From an uncultured Flavobacteriales bacterium (lineage in GTDB: Bacteria > Bacteroidota > Bacteroidia > Flavobacteriales > BACL11), in NCBI GenBank assembly GCA_905478185.1, contig CAJQHO010000025.1, positions 15,499 through 79,498 on the forward strand: DNA of 64,000 nucleotides. Direction: 5' to 3'. This document shows, piece by piece, positions 50,422 to 57,925 of the stretch. The position numbers and the translations under genes were made by a program. Below the pieces are notes generated by a model. It did no database searches. It was not told the DNA's origin and saw only the letters and a list, made by a program, of their open reading frames with translations. Every line of letters begins with the position of its first letter. Within the stretch, counting starts at the first letter, position 1.

Positions 50422-51119
50422 GCAGTCAATTTTCTAAAATGCTCTTCTAGGTCGATCTTATTATTTTGGAAATTAGAAATTAATTGGTCGTCAACAATTT
50501 TACCTTTACTAATGATGATTACTCGGTTACACATTTTATCAACTTCTTGCATAATGTGTGTGGATAGGAGTACAGTTTTATCTTTCCCAACTTCTTTTAT
50601 TAGATTTCTAATTTCCACCAATTGATTAGGGTCAAGTCCTGTTGTTGGTTCATCAAGAATTAATACTTCTGGATTATGTAAAAGTGCTGCAGCTAACCCA
50701 ACTCTTTGTCTGTATCCTTTACTTAGTTCTCCAATTTTTTTACTTTGCTCAGGCATTAATCCTATTTGTATGATAATTTCAGCAATACGATTGTTTAAGT
50801 TTTCAACTTTATAAATACCTCCAACAAAAGAAAGATATTCTTTCACATACATGTCGGTATAAAGAGGATTGTGCTCTGGTAAATAGCCAATTTTTGCTTT
50901 TACTTGTAAGTCTTGTTCTTGAATGTCTAAGTTGCAGACCTGTACCTTACCACTATCTTGCTGTAAATAGCACGTTATGATTTTCATCAGTGTAGATTTT
51001 CCAGCTCCATTCGGGCCTAAAAAACCAACTATTTCACCTTTGTTTAGTGTAAAGGAAACATCAGTAAGAGCTTGTTGTTTATCGTAAGATTTAGTTACAC
51101 TATTTATGATTAATGACAT
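50418..51119 (-). CDS. ABC transporter ATP-binding protein (ABC-2 type, GldA-like N-terminal region), no adjacent permease
   Basis: Walker A GPNGAGKST, signature LSKGYRQR, Walker B LILDEPTTGLD. IGYLPEHNPLYTDMYVKEYL resembles GldA. ATG at 51119 is preferred. Confidence 0.8.
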   Translation of the reverse strand: MSLIINSVTKSYDKQQALTDVSFTLNKGEIVGFLGPNGAGKSTLMKIITCYLQQDSGKVQVCNLDIQEQDLQVKAKIGYLPEHNPLYTDMYVKEYLSFVGGIYKVENLNNRIAEIIIQIGLMPEQSKKIGELSKGYRQRVGLAAALLHNPEVLILDEPTTGLDPNQLVEIRNLIKEVGKDKTVLLSTHIMQEVDKMCNRVIIISKGKIVDDQLISNFQNNKIDLEEHFRKLTA

Positions 51120-51177
51120 GTAGCAAAGATAGACAATAGATTTTGACAATAGTTAACGATTCATTCTAAAATTATCA

Positions 51178-51185
51178 TAATTTTG
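51178..51185 (+). promoter_or_regulatory. -7 box (TAnnTTTG), 4 nt before the sulfotransferase-like gene start
   Basis: TAATTTTG-TGAT-ATG. Confidence 0.4.
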
Positions 51186-51189
51186 TGAT

Positions 51190-52005
51190 ATGAATTTACA
51201 TAACTCTTCAAGATGGTATTTGCACCTTGTTTATTATCAGTTAGTAAAACTCAGTAGGTTTTTTACAAATAATTTTTTTGGAAGAAAAGATCATCAATTT
51301 TTATTTATTTTAACTCCACCTTATTGTGGATCTACTTTGTTAAACCAGATTCTTTCTACTTCTAATAATTTGAGTTGTAATAATCATTTAGGTGTTAGGG
51401 AAGGGCAATTACTCCCTGAAGTAAAAGACATGATGTTTTTAAATAAAGGTTGGCATAATGAAGTGCATTATGATTGGGCGTTTATCAAAAAAACTTGGAT
51501 GAAATATTGGGATCAAAGGATGGGTATACTAATGGATAAAAGCAATCCTAATATGATGAGAGTGCCTGCAATAAAGAAAGAATTTCAAAACTCAACCTTT
51601 ATTGCAATGGTAAGAAATCCATATGCTCAAGTTGAAGGAATTATGAGAAGAAATGGAGCGACAGCAGAATATGCTGCAAAGTTTGCTTTAAAATGTTTGA
51701 GGTATCAAAAGCAAAATAAACTTTCAGAAAAAGAAAATATTCTTTTTACTTCTTATGAAGAACTATGTGATACAAAATATGAAGTAGTAGAGAAGATTAA
51801 AGAATTTATTCCTGAAATAGGAAATATTGATTCTGATTTAGAATTTTCAGCACATAACTTTAAGACTGATTGCAAAATGAAAATCCAAAATCTAAATAAA
51901 GAAAAAATAAAGAAGATAAACAAGGAGAATATGGGTATTATAAACTCTTACTTTAATAAAGAAATAGATTTGCTAGAATTTTTTGGCTATTCAATAATTG
52001 AATAA
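51190..52005 (+). CDS. putative sulfotransferase-family protein
   Basis: LFILTPPYCGSTLL resembles the PAPS 5'-phosphosulfate-binding loop, and FIAMVRNPYAQVEG the 3'-phosphate-binding motif. Motif-level call only. Confidence 0.4.
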   Translation: MNLHNSSRWYLHLVYYQLVKLSRFFTNNFFGRKDHQFLFILTPPYCGSTLLNQILSTSNNLSCNNHLGVREGQLLPEVKDMMFLNKGWHNEVHYDWAFIKKTWMKYWDQRMGILMDKSNPNMMRVPAIKKEFQNSTFIAMVRNPYAQVEGIMRRNGATAEYAAKFALKCLRYQKQNKLSEKENILFTSYEELCDTKYEVVEKIKEFIPEIGNIDSDLEFSAHNFKTDCKMKIQNLNKEKIKKINKENMGIINSYFNKEIDLLEFFGYSIIE

Positions 52006-52039
52006 CAACTTGCTTTTCTACACTTCCATCATCATAGAT

Positions 52040-53005
52040 TTAAAATAGAGGTTGATTTGTAGCTATTTTCACTTCTTGACCAAGCACATTAATAGTACTT
52101 ACTAATTCTTTATTCAACCTAATTGACTGTTCAGTTATACTTGTTGGACTATTAGAAATTTGACTAAAAAAGTTCCATATTTCTTCACTTGCCCAAAAAT
52201 CATCATTTCCCCATGGAGCCACATCAAACCATGTATGTAGTCCATTATATACTTTGTAGAACCAAACTTTATCCCCAGTATTAATATTGTGATATTTTGT
52301 TACATCAGTAATATTATTATCATTATTTATATCTAATAAAGAGTAACTAGTATCTACACTGCAAGAATTATAATTTACCCAATTAGTAACAATGTCAGGA
52401 GCTGACATATAAGGCCCATAATTTGGAAAGTTTCCTCCATTGAAATTAATCACATTGTCATTTGTTCCATGTAATACTAATACTGAGATATTACTAGAAG
52501 GTAAACAAATATTCATATAGTCAAAAATTGTTCCTGCTAATGGAGCAATAGCATCAAAAATATTTGAGTTTTGACATCTTGCTAAATGAAATGATATATC
52601 TCCTCCATAAGAAAAACCAGTAGCAAATATTCTGTTTTCATCAAATTGATACTGACTCTGTAACGAATCATTTAATGCATGAATAAAATCAACATCAGAC
52701 AAACCACTACAATTCCAGGATGTTAGACCTGAAGTTCCATTATCTCCATCAATTAATGCTGTAGGATAACAAACCGCAAAATTATTTTGATCAGATAAGA
52801 TATTAAAAGCAGTGCTTGACATAATCTGGCCTCCATTCCCACCCCACCCATGAAAAGCATAAACAATTGGTGAGTTTGCTGGTAGATTATTTGGAATATG
52901 TAAATAAAACTCTCTTTGTATATTATTATCAGTAAAATAAAAAGGACCATCCTGCCCAAACCCAATCATAGGCATGCAAAGTAATATAAGTAGTAGTTTT
53001 TTCAT
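52040..53005 (-). CDS. secreted esterase, PHB-depolymerase/LpqC-like alpha/beta hydrolase, with a truncated C-terminal tail
   Basis: Signal peptide. YAFHGWGGNG and nucleophile elbow GFSYGG. The C-terminus ..VLGQEVKIATNQPLF ends at a TAA, and the same frame continues IYDDGSVEKQVVIQ. Confidence 0.6.
   Translation of the reverse strand: MKKLLLILLCMPMIGFGQDGPFYFTDNNIQREFYLHIPNNLPANSPIVYAFHGWGGNGGQIMSSTAFNILSDQNNFAVCYPTALIDGDNGTSGLTSWNCSGLSDVDFIHALNDSLQSQYQFDENRIFATGFSYGGDISFHLARCQNSNIFDAIAPLAGTIFDYMNICLPSSNISVLVLHGTNDNVINFNGGNFPNYGPYMSAPDIVTNWVNYNSCSVDTSYSLLDINNDNNITDVTKYHNINTGDKVWFYKVYNGLHTWFDVAPWGNDDFWASEEIWNFFSQISNSPTSITEQSIRLNKELVSTINVLGQEVKIATNQPLF
52968..53005. repeat. 38-nt signal-peptide 5' module, copy 2 (partner at 33690..33727)
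   Basis: See copy 1. Confidence 0.8.
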
Positions 53006-53022
53006 AATATTAGTTTATTGGT
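52992..53022. repeat. 31-nt 5' UTR + start-codon module, copy 1 (partner at 53391..53421)
   Basis: AGTAGTTTTTTCATAAT[A/C]TTAGTTTATTG[G/T]T: 29/31 identical by eye, in front of two adjacent genes. Confidence 0.75.
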
Positions 53023-53404
53023 TGTAGTTATATCCTTCCCAAAATCCTGAAGAGCCATCTGTTGATGAGCTCCATTCTCCACTTCCATAATTACCATTTA
53101 ATTGCCCTTCAAAGGCAACACCATAAGTTCCTGTTCCAATGGCAGCATCAAAAATCCCACTATTTGATACAGTGCCAATTAAATCAACCCCCTCAGGAGC
53201 AGCAGAAGAAATAGCGGTACCATTAATCTCTCCTGAAGAAGAAATATCAGCATTCCAAGCCCCAACATTAGTACTGTCTTGCTGATAGTAATATCCTGAC
53301 CAATATCCAATAAATGGAGAACTAGCAGTGTCATCTTCCTCTTCTTTCTTACAAGCTGAAAAGATAAGTGATACTGCCAATAATGTGTAAAGTAGTTTTT
53401 TCAT
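53015..53404 (-). CDS. small Gly/Ser/Tyr-rich lipoprotein
   Basis: Lipobox SLIFSAC; 129 aa. Lies between two tail-bearing secreted-protein genes. Confidence 0.45.
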   Translation of the reverse strand: MKKLLYTLLAVSLIFSACKKEEEDDTASSPFIGYWSGYYYQQDSTNVGAWNADISSSGEINGTAISSAAPEGVDLIGTVSNSGIFDAAIGTGTYGVAFEGQLNGNYGSGEWSSSTDGSSGFWEGYNYNQ

Positions 53405-53421
53405 AATCTTAGTTTATTGTT
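53391..53421. repeat. 31-nt 5' UTR + start-codon module, copy 2 (partner at 52992..53022)
   Basis: See copy 1. Confidence 0.75.
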
Positions 53422-53435
53422 AATCTATTGTTTTA
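53416..53435. repeat. 20-nt exact gene-junction repeat, copy 2 (partner at 33146..33165)
   Basis: See copy 1. Confidence 0.75.
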
Positions 53436-54404
53436 TTCTATAACTATTCTTTTGTCTACTGTTCCATCATCATAGATGTAAAATAGAGGTTGATTTATTC
53501 CTTTTGTTTCTCTTCCAAGAACATCTGTAACTCGCACTACTTGTCTTTTTGTATTTATCTCTGAAACTGAGCTAGCGTTAGGGCAGTAGTTTCCGTCAGG
53601 AGCTAATAAAGGAAGTTTATATTGAGTATCAGTTATTAATGCATGCATCAATATATCCGTGCTTTGTAAAAGTGTAGCATTGTAAGGCTCCCATTCATTA
53701 GCAATCCCTTGTGCAGTTTGGGCGTCATCCAATATCCCCATATAACTTACAATTGCCCAGTACATATATTCAATCATCATGCATTCATAATCGCAAGTCC
53801 AATCATCATAATGATACCAAGCAGAAGCAGGATAAGGATTCGGAATAGTCATAAATTGACCTCCTCTTGCTACATCCATAGCATCCGACATTAAAGATGA
53901 ATTGGCCTGCATGCTAAAGGCATTAGGATATATATTGGTATGGCCTACATGGTTTATTGTATGTATAATTTCCTCTACTGTAGCATCATCTCCCCAATGT
54001 CCTGTTTGTGTAGGATCAATTTCGAAATTATATAAAACTGCACTTACACCATCTCCTTGATAATAATTTTCAAAGGTGTTCATTGCTGTATTCCCATCAT
54101 CATAAAATATAGGCATTAGCGCACTTTCACTTGTAAGTTGAGATTCAATTAAAGGATCGTCCACTATTCCATCTTCATTGTTGTCCAATAGTTCAGCTGC
54201 AACTGCTGCTGCATGTAAAACTTTTGCATCTGATATTGTGCTTTCAGCATAAATACTAAAGCATCCTAACACATCCACATATTTTGTGAAAAGTGCAAGG
54301 GCTGGGTCAGTTGCATTTGGGTTTGGGTCTATTGTAAAACAAACAGTGTTTTGTGCATTTATCAATATTGGAAAAGTAAATAGCAGTGTAAATATTTTAT
54401 TCAT
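53433..54404 (-). CDS. hypothetical secreted protein with C-terminal LGRE..NQPLFYIYDDGTVDKRIVIE tail
   Basis: Signal peptide from the ATG at 54404 (MNKIFTLLFTFPILINAQ). No catalytic motif I can assign. It carries the intact C-terminal tail. Confidence 0.45.
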   Translation of the reverse strand: MNKIFTLLFTFPILINAQNTVCFTIDPNPNATDPALALFTKYVDVLGCFSIYAESTISDAKVLHAAAVAAELLDNNEDGIVDDPLIESQLTSESALMPIFYDDGNTAMNTFENYYQGDGVSAVLYNFEIDPTQTGHWGDDATVEEIIHTINHVGHTNIYPNAFSMQANSSLMSDAMDVARGGQFMTIPNPYPASAWYHYDDWTCDYECMMIEYMYWAIVSYMGILDDAQTAQGIANEWEPYNATLLQSTDILMHALITDTQYKLPLLAPDGNYCPNASSVSEINTKRQVVRVTDVLGRETKGINQPLFYIYDDGTVDKRIVIE

Positions 54405-54425
54405 TTCTCTTATTTTAGATTTGAG

Positions 54426-54433
54426 CAAACTTA
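54426..54433 (-). promoter_or_regulatory. -7 box (TAnnTTTG) for the 54404-52040 secreted-protein operon
   Basis: Minus strand TAAGTTTG, about 21 nt before the ATG at 54404. Back-to-back with the rsgA box. Confidence 0.4.
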
Positions 54434-54447
54434 CAAAATATAACAAC

Positions 54448-54455
54448 TATATTTG
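54448..54455 (+). promoter_or_regulatory. -7 box (TAnnTTTG), 4 nt before the rsgA GTG
   Basis: TATATTTG-CAGG-GTG. Confidence 0.45.
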
Positions 54456-54459
54456 CAGG

Positions 54460-55386
54460 GTGAAAGGAACAGTAATTAAATCAACAGGTAAGCGCTACAC
54501 CGTAAAAACGGAAGATGGTGAAGTTGTGCAATGCAGGCTAAAAGGAAAATTTAGAATTGCTGGCATAACAAGCACAAATCCTGTTGTAGTTGGAGATAAG
54601 GTGGAGGCGGAAAAAGAATCTGAACTTTGGATGATTTTAAAGTTGTTTGAAAGAAAAAATCACATCCTTAGAAAGTCAGTGAACTTATCTAAACAAACTC
54701 ATATTATTGCCGCCAATGTTGATCAGGCAATATTAATGATTACATTGGATAGCCCTGTAACTACTACTGGTTTTATTGATCGATTTTTGGTAGCAGCAAA
54801 CGCTTATGGAGTTGATGTTATTCTTTTGTTTAATAAGATAGATATATTGAGTGATGAGTTAAAAATTCAACAAGAAAATCTTAAAAAAGTATACGAAAAG
54901 ATAGGCTATACTTGTTTTGCTACTTCTGTAATTAATGATGATTTATCAGAGATTAAAAAATTAATGAAAGGTAAAGTAAATATAATTTCTGGGCATTCAG
55001 GAGTTGGGAAATCTACATTAATAAATACCTTACAACCCAACTTAAATATTAACACTAAAGAGGTTTCGTATACGCATCAGCAAGGACAGCATACGACTAC
55101 ATTCTCTGAGTTGCATGACTTGGATTTTGGAGCTTCAATAATTGATACTCCTGGAATAAGAGGTTTTGGTTTAGTAGAGTTAGATTCAGCTGAAATAGGA
55201 AATTATTTCCAAGAATTTTTTGCATTAAAATCGGAATGTAAATTCCATAATTGCATACATAAAAATGAGCCAAACTGTGCAGTAAAATTAGCATTAGAAA
55301 GTGGTGAAATTGCTAAAAGTAGGCATAAGAATTATTTAAAAATGTTAGTTGAGGAGGAGGAACATTTTAGAACAAATGATTATTAA
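54460..55386 (+). CDS. rsgA: ribosome small-subunit-dependent GTPase A
   Basis: OB-fold N-terminus (KGTVIKSTGKRYTV), circularly permuted G-domain (LFNKID...GHSGVGKSTLIN...DTPG) and a zinc knuckle (CKFHNCIHKNEPNC). GTG at 54460 is preferred. Confidence 0.9.
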   Translation: MKGTVIKSTGKRYTVKTEDGEVVQCRLKGKFRIAGITSTNPVVVGDKVEAEKESELWMILKLFERKNHILRKSVNLSKQTHIIAANVDQAILMITLDSPVTTTGFIDRFLVAANAYGVDVILLFNKIDILSDELKIQQENLKKVYEKIGYTCFATSVINDDLSEIKKLMKGKVNIISGHSGVGKSTLINTLQPNLNINTKEVSYTHQQGQHTTTFSELHDLDFGASIIDTPGIRGFGLVELDSAEIGNYFQEFFALKSECKFHNCIHKNEPNCAVKLALESGEIAKSRHKNYLKMLVEEEEHFRTNDY

Positions 55387-55839
55387 ATGAGAGCTGTTAT
55401 TCAAAGAGTTTCAGAAGCATCAGTAATAATTGAGAACGAAATTATTTCAAGAATTGAAATAGGTTTAGTGATTTTGCTAGGAATTGAAATTGATGATAAT
55501 ACTGAAGATGTAAAATGGCTAGCAAATAAAACCTCACAACTCAGAATTTTCTCGGATATTGAAGGTAAAATGAATAACTCAATTACGGATGTTAATGGAG
55601 CGGTTATTGTTGTAAGCCAATTTACTTTACTCGCCAAAACCAAAAAAGGGAATCGCCCATCTTATATAAAAGCATCCAGGCCAGAACAAGCAATTCCTTT
55701 ATATGAGTTGTTTAAAGAAGAACTATCTCAATTGATTGGAAAGAAAGTTCAATCAGGAGTGTTTGGTGCTAATATGCAAGTTTCTCTGATCAATGATGGG
55801 CCTGTTACTATTATTATTGATAGTAAAAATAAGGAATAA
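55387..55839 (+). CDS. dtd: D-aminoacyl-tRNA deacylase
   Basis: MRAVIQRV...SQFTL...GNRPS...NDGPVT motifs. Confidence 0.93.
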   Translation: MRAVIQRVSEASVIIENEIISRIEIGLVILLGIEIDDNTEDVKWLANKTSQLRIFSDIEGKMNNSITDVNGAVIVVSQFTLLAKTKKGNRPSYIKASRPEQAIPLYELFKEELSQLIGKKVQSGVFGANMQVSLINDGPVTIIIDSKNKE

Positions 55840-55866
55840 AAAAAAGGAGCTTTTCAGCTCCTTTTA
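55838..55866. terminator. bidirectional intrinsic terminator between dtd (+) and the TonB-receptor pseudogene (-)
   Basis: AAAAAAAA-GGAGCT-TTTC-AGCTCC-TTTT. Confidence 0.7.
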
Positions 55867-55868
55867 AA

Positions 55869-57786
55869 TTAAAGTATAATTTTCACTCCAGCTCGCATCC
55901 ATCTTCCTTGTTGGGGTACATTTCCAAAATCAACATATTCTTTGTCGAATAAGTTATTGATTTCAAGATAAAGTGTACTGTTTTTAAACGCATTATAAGA
56001 AACTCGAGTTGATGCTATCCAAAATGGTAAATACTCAACTTCTAATCCTGTATTAAAGTCCGTATACCCTCCTTCTCTGTCTTGATAAGTTGCTCTCCAA
56101 TCTATTCTTAATTGATCATTAACTAATTGATTTGCTGAAATTGAAAAATTAGTTTTTAAATTATCAAGCACATAAGCTGATTGGAATCCATCAGATTTTT
56201 TATTTAACTTATTTGAAGCATAGTTTACTCCTAAATTGTTTACAGGAAGGTTAGAGTTAAACAACTTGTTGATATTGATTTTTGAATTAATTTCATATCC
56301 TTTAGTTGTAAGTTGATTTAAGTTTTGAGTTCTCCAGATACTGTCTCCTTCAGCTAATATCCAGTCAATCATATTTGATCCTTCTCTTTGGTATAAAGTA
56401 AAAGTTGTTTTGTGATAATTGGCTGTCCACTTTACTCCAATCTCCTTGTTAGTTGAGTGTTCTGATTTTAAATATTCATTTCCCTGATTTGTTGGTGATG
56501 CATAATAAAGCTCAGTATAGTTTGGTGTTCTCATTGATTTATTAGAAGATGCAAATAATTTAATGTCATCATTTATATTGTAAGAGATGTCAATTCCCGG
56601 GAAATATTCATTCCCATATTCTGAGTCAATATTCATCATAACCCCTACTGATATGCTAAGATTTTCAATGGTTAAATTCTTTTCAGCAAATAAGTTTGTT
56701 GTTGTTCTTGTTTGTCCTTTTGTAAGTATTTAGGCTGTCAATTTCAATAGGGTTTTCTAAGTCTTCCCCTAATCTATTACTGATTATTTTATCAGTTCTA
56801 ATTTCCATTCCAATGACATTAGAGCCATTTTTTGTTTTTTGAACTGCATTAAAATCCATTCCATAAACATTTGTTTCATGGAAATTATGATACCAAGATG
56901 GATGATTTCTGAATAAAATAAACTCATCATTGTGTTTTTTCCAATACAATTTGTTCTCTAATGAAATAGTTCCTTCTTTCTTGAATTGTAAAGATGAAAA
57001 AGTAGTTTTAGTTTTTTCAAATTGTGTTGGATATTTTGGTGTGTAGAAGGTATAAGCTCCAAATTCTTAATCGGTATATCCTATATTGAAAAGAGCTTTT
57101 ATTCCTGCAATATTTCCGCTTGCTTGGTAATAGTAATTTTTAATTTTATAATCTACTTCCATAGTAGTTGTATCTCTATCTTTATGGTAGATAGGAAATC
57201 CATCACTTCTTTTTTGATTAATAGAAATATTGTGATTGTTGTTAGATGTTTTTAAAGCATAGTTGATTTCAGCTGATTTAAATCCGTTTTGACCGCTACT
57301 TAAAGTTACTGAAGAACTCCCTTCTTTCTTAGTAATAATATTGATAGCTCCTGTGTAGGCATAGTTCCCAAAAATTCGTGTAGCTCCACCAGTAATTACT
57401 TCAATCCTTTCTATTTGCTCCAAGCTTACAGGTAGATCCATAGTATGATGCCCTGTTTGAGGGTCATTTAATTTGATTCCGTTTAACATTACAAGTACTT
57501 GTTCGAATGTTCCACCTCTCATACTTATGTCTGCTTGCACTCCTTGCCCTCCTCTTTGTCTTACATCTACATTTATTGCGTACTCTAATAAATCTTCAAT
57601 AGTTTGAACTGGAGCATTTTGTATTTCTTCTAAACTGATTATTTGCACATTAGATGTGTTTTCAGTTGATGATGCTCTGTTTGCTGAAACTACAACTTCA
57701 TCTAATTTTTTATTTACTGTGTTTTGTGCATTTACAAAAGTTGTACTAATAACAATTGCAAAAAGTGTTCTGATTACTTTTTTCAT
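55869..57786 (-). pseudogene. TonB-dependent outer-membrane receptor, disrupted (1 in-frame TAA + 1 frameshift); TPP-riboswitch controlled, so a likely thiamine-related receptor
   Basis: Three track ORFs (57067..57786 plug domain, 56683..56949, 55869..56639) form one receptor. The first two are in the same frame, separated only by a TAA at 57067-57069 (..GYTD*EFGAYTFYTP..). The third frame takes over near the run cctttt at 56716-56721 (..LNTYK|GQTRTTTNLFAEKNLTIENL..). Confidence 0.8.
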
Positions 57787-57837
57787 TTTGGTTTTTTTAA
57801 ATTATAAATAGGTGAGAGCAGAATAGAAAGTTCTTTG

Positions 57838-57914
57838 TCATTTTCCCTAAAATGAATTACCACTTCAGGTTCCATGGGTTTGTTCTCAGCCGTATTGCAG
57901 CACCCCAGAAATTT
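57838..57914 (-). promoter_or_regulatory. TPP (THI-box) riboswitch
   Basis: Minus strand CUGGGGUGCUGCAAUACGGCUGAGAACAAACCCAUGGAACCUGAAGUGGUAAUUCAUUUUAGGGAAAAUG contains the conserved blocks GGGGUGC, GCUGAGA, ACCC, AACCUGA, GGUAAU and UAGGGAA in the canonical order. Confidence 0.85.
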
Positions 57915-57917
57915 TGG

Positions 57918-57925
57918 CAAATATA
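57918..57925 (-). promoter_or_regulatory. -7 box (TAnnTTTG) driving the TPP riboswitch and receptor transcript
   Basis: Minus strand TATATTTG, a few nt upstream of the riboswitch P1 region. Confidence 0.5.

Noticed and set aside
54286-54459. Long N-terminal extension of rsgA in the ORF track (start at 54286).
   Set aside because: The extension overlaps the 5' end and promoter of the divergent secreted-protein gene. It has no RsgA similarity, and a TATATTTG box sits inside it 4 nt before the GTG at 54460.
52040-57069. Idea that the two in-frame TAA codons (52040-52042 and 57067-57069) reflect stop-codon reassignment or programmed readthrough.
   Set aside because: TAA is the ordinary terminator of most confidently called genes in this window. 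The receptor also carries a separate frameshift. Mutation or sequencing error is the simpler explanation.
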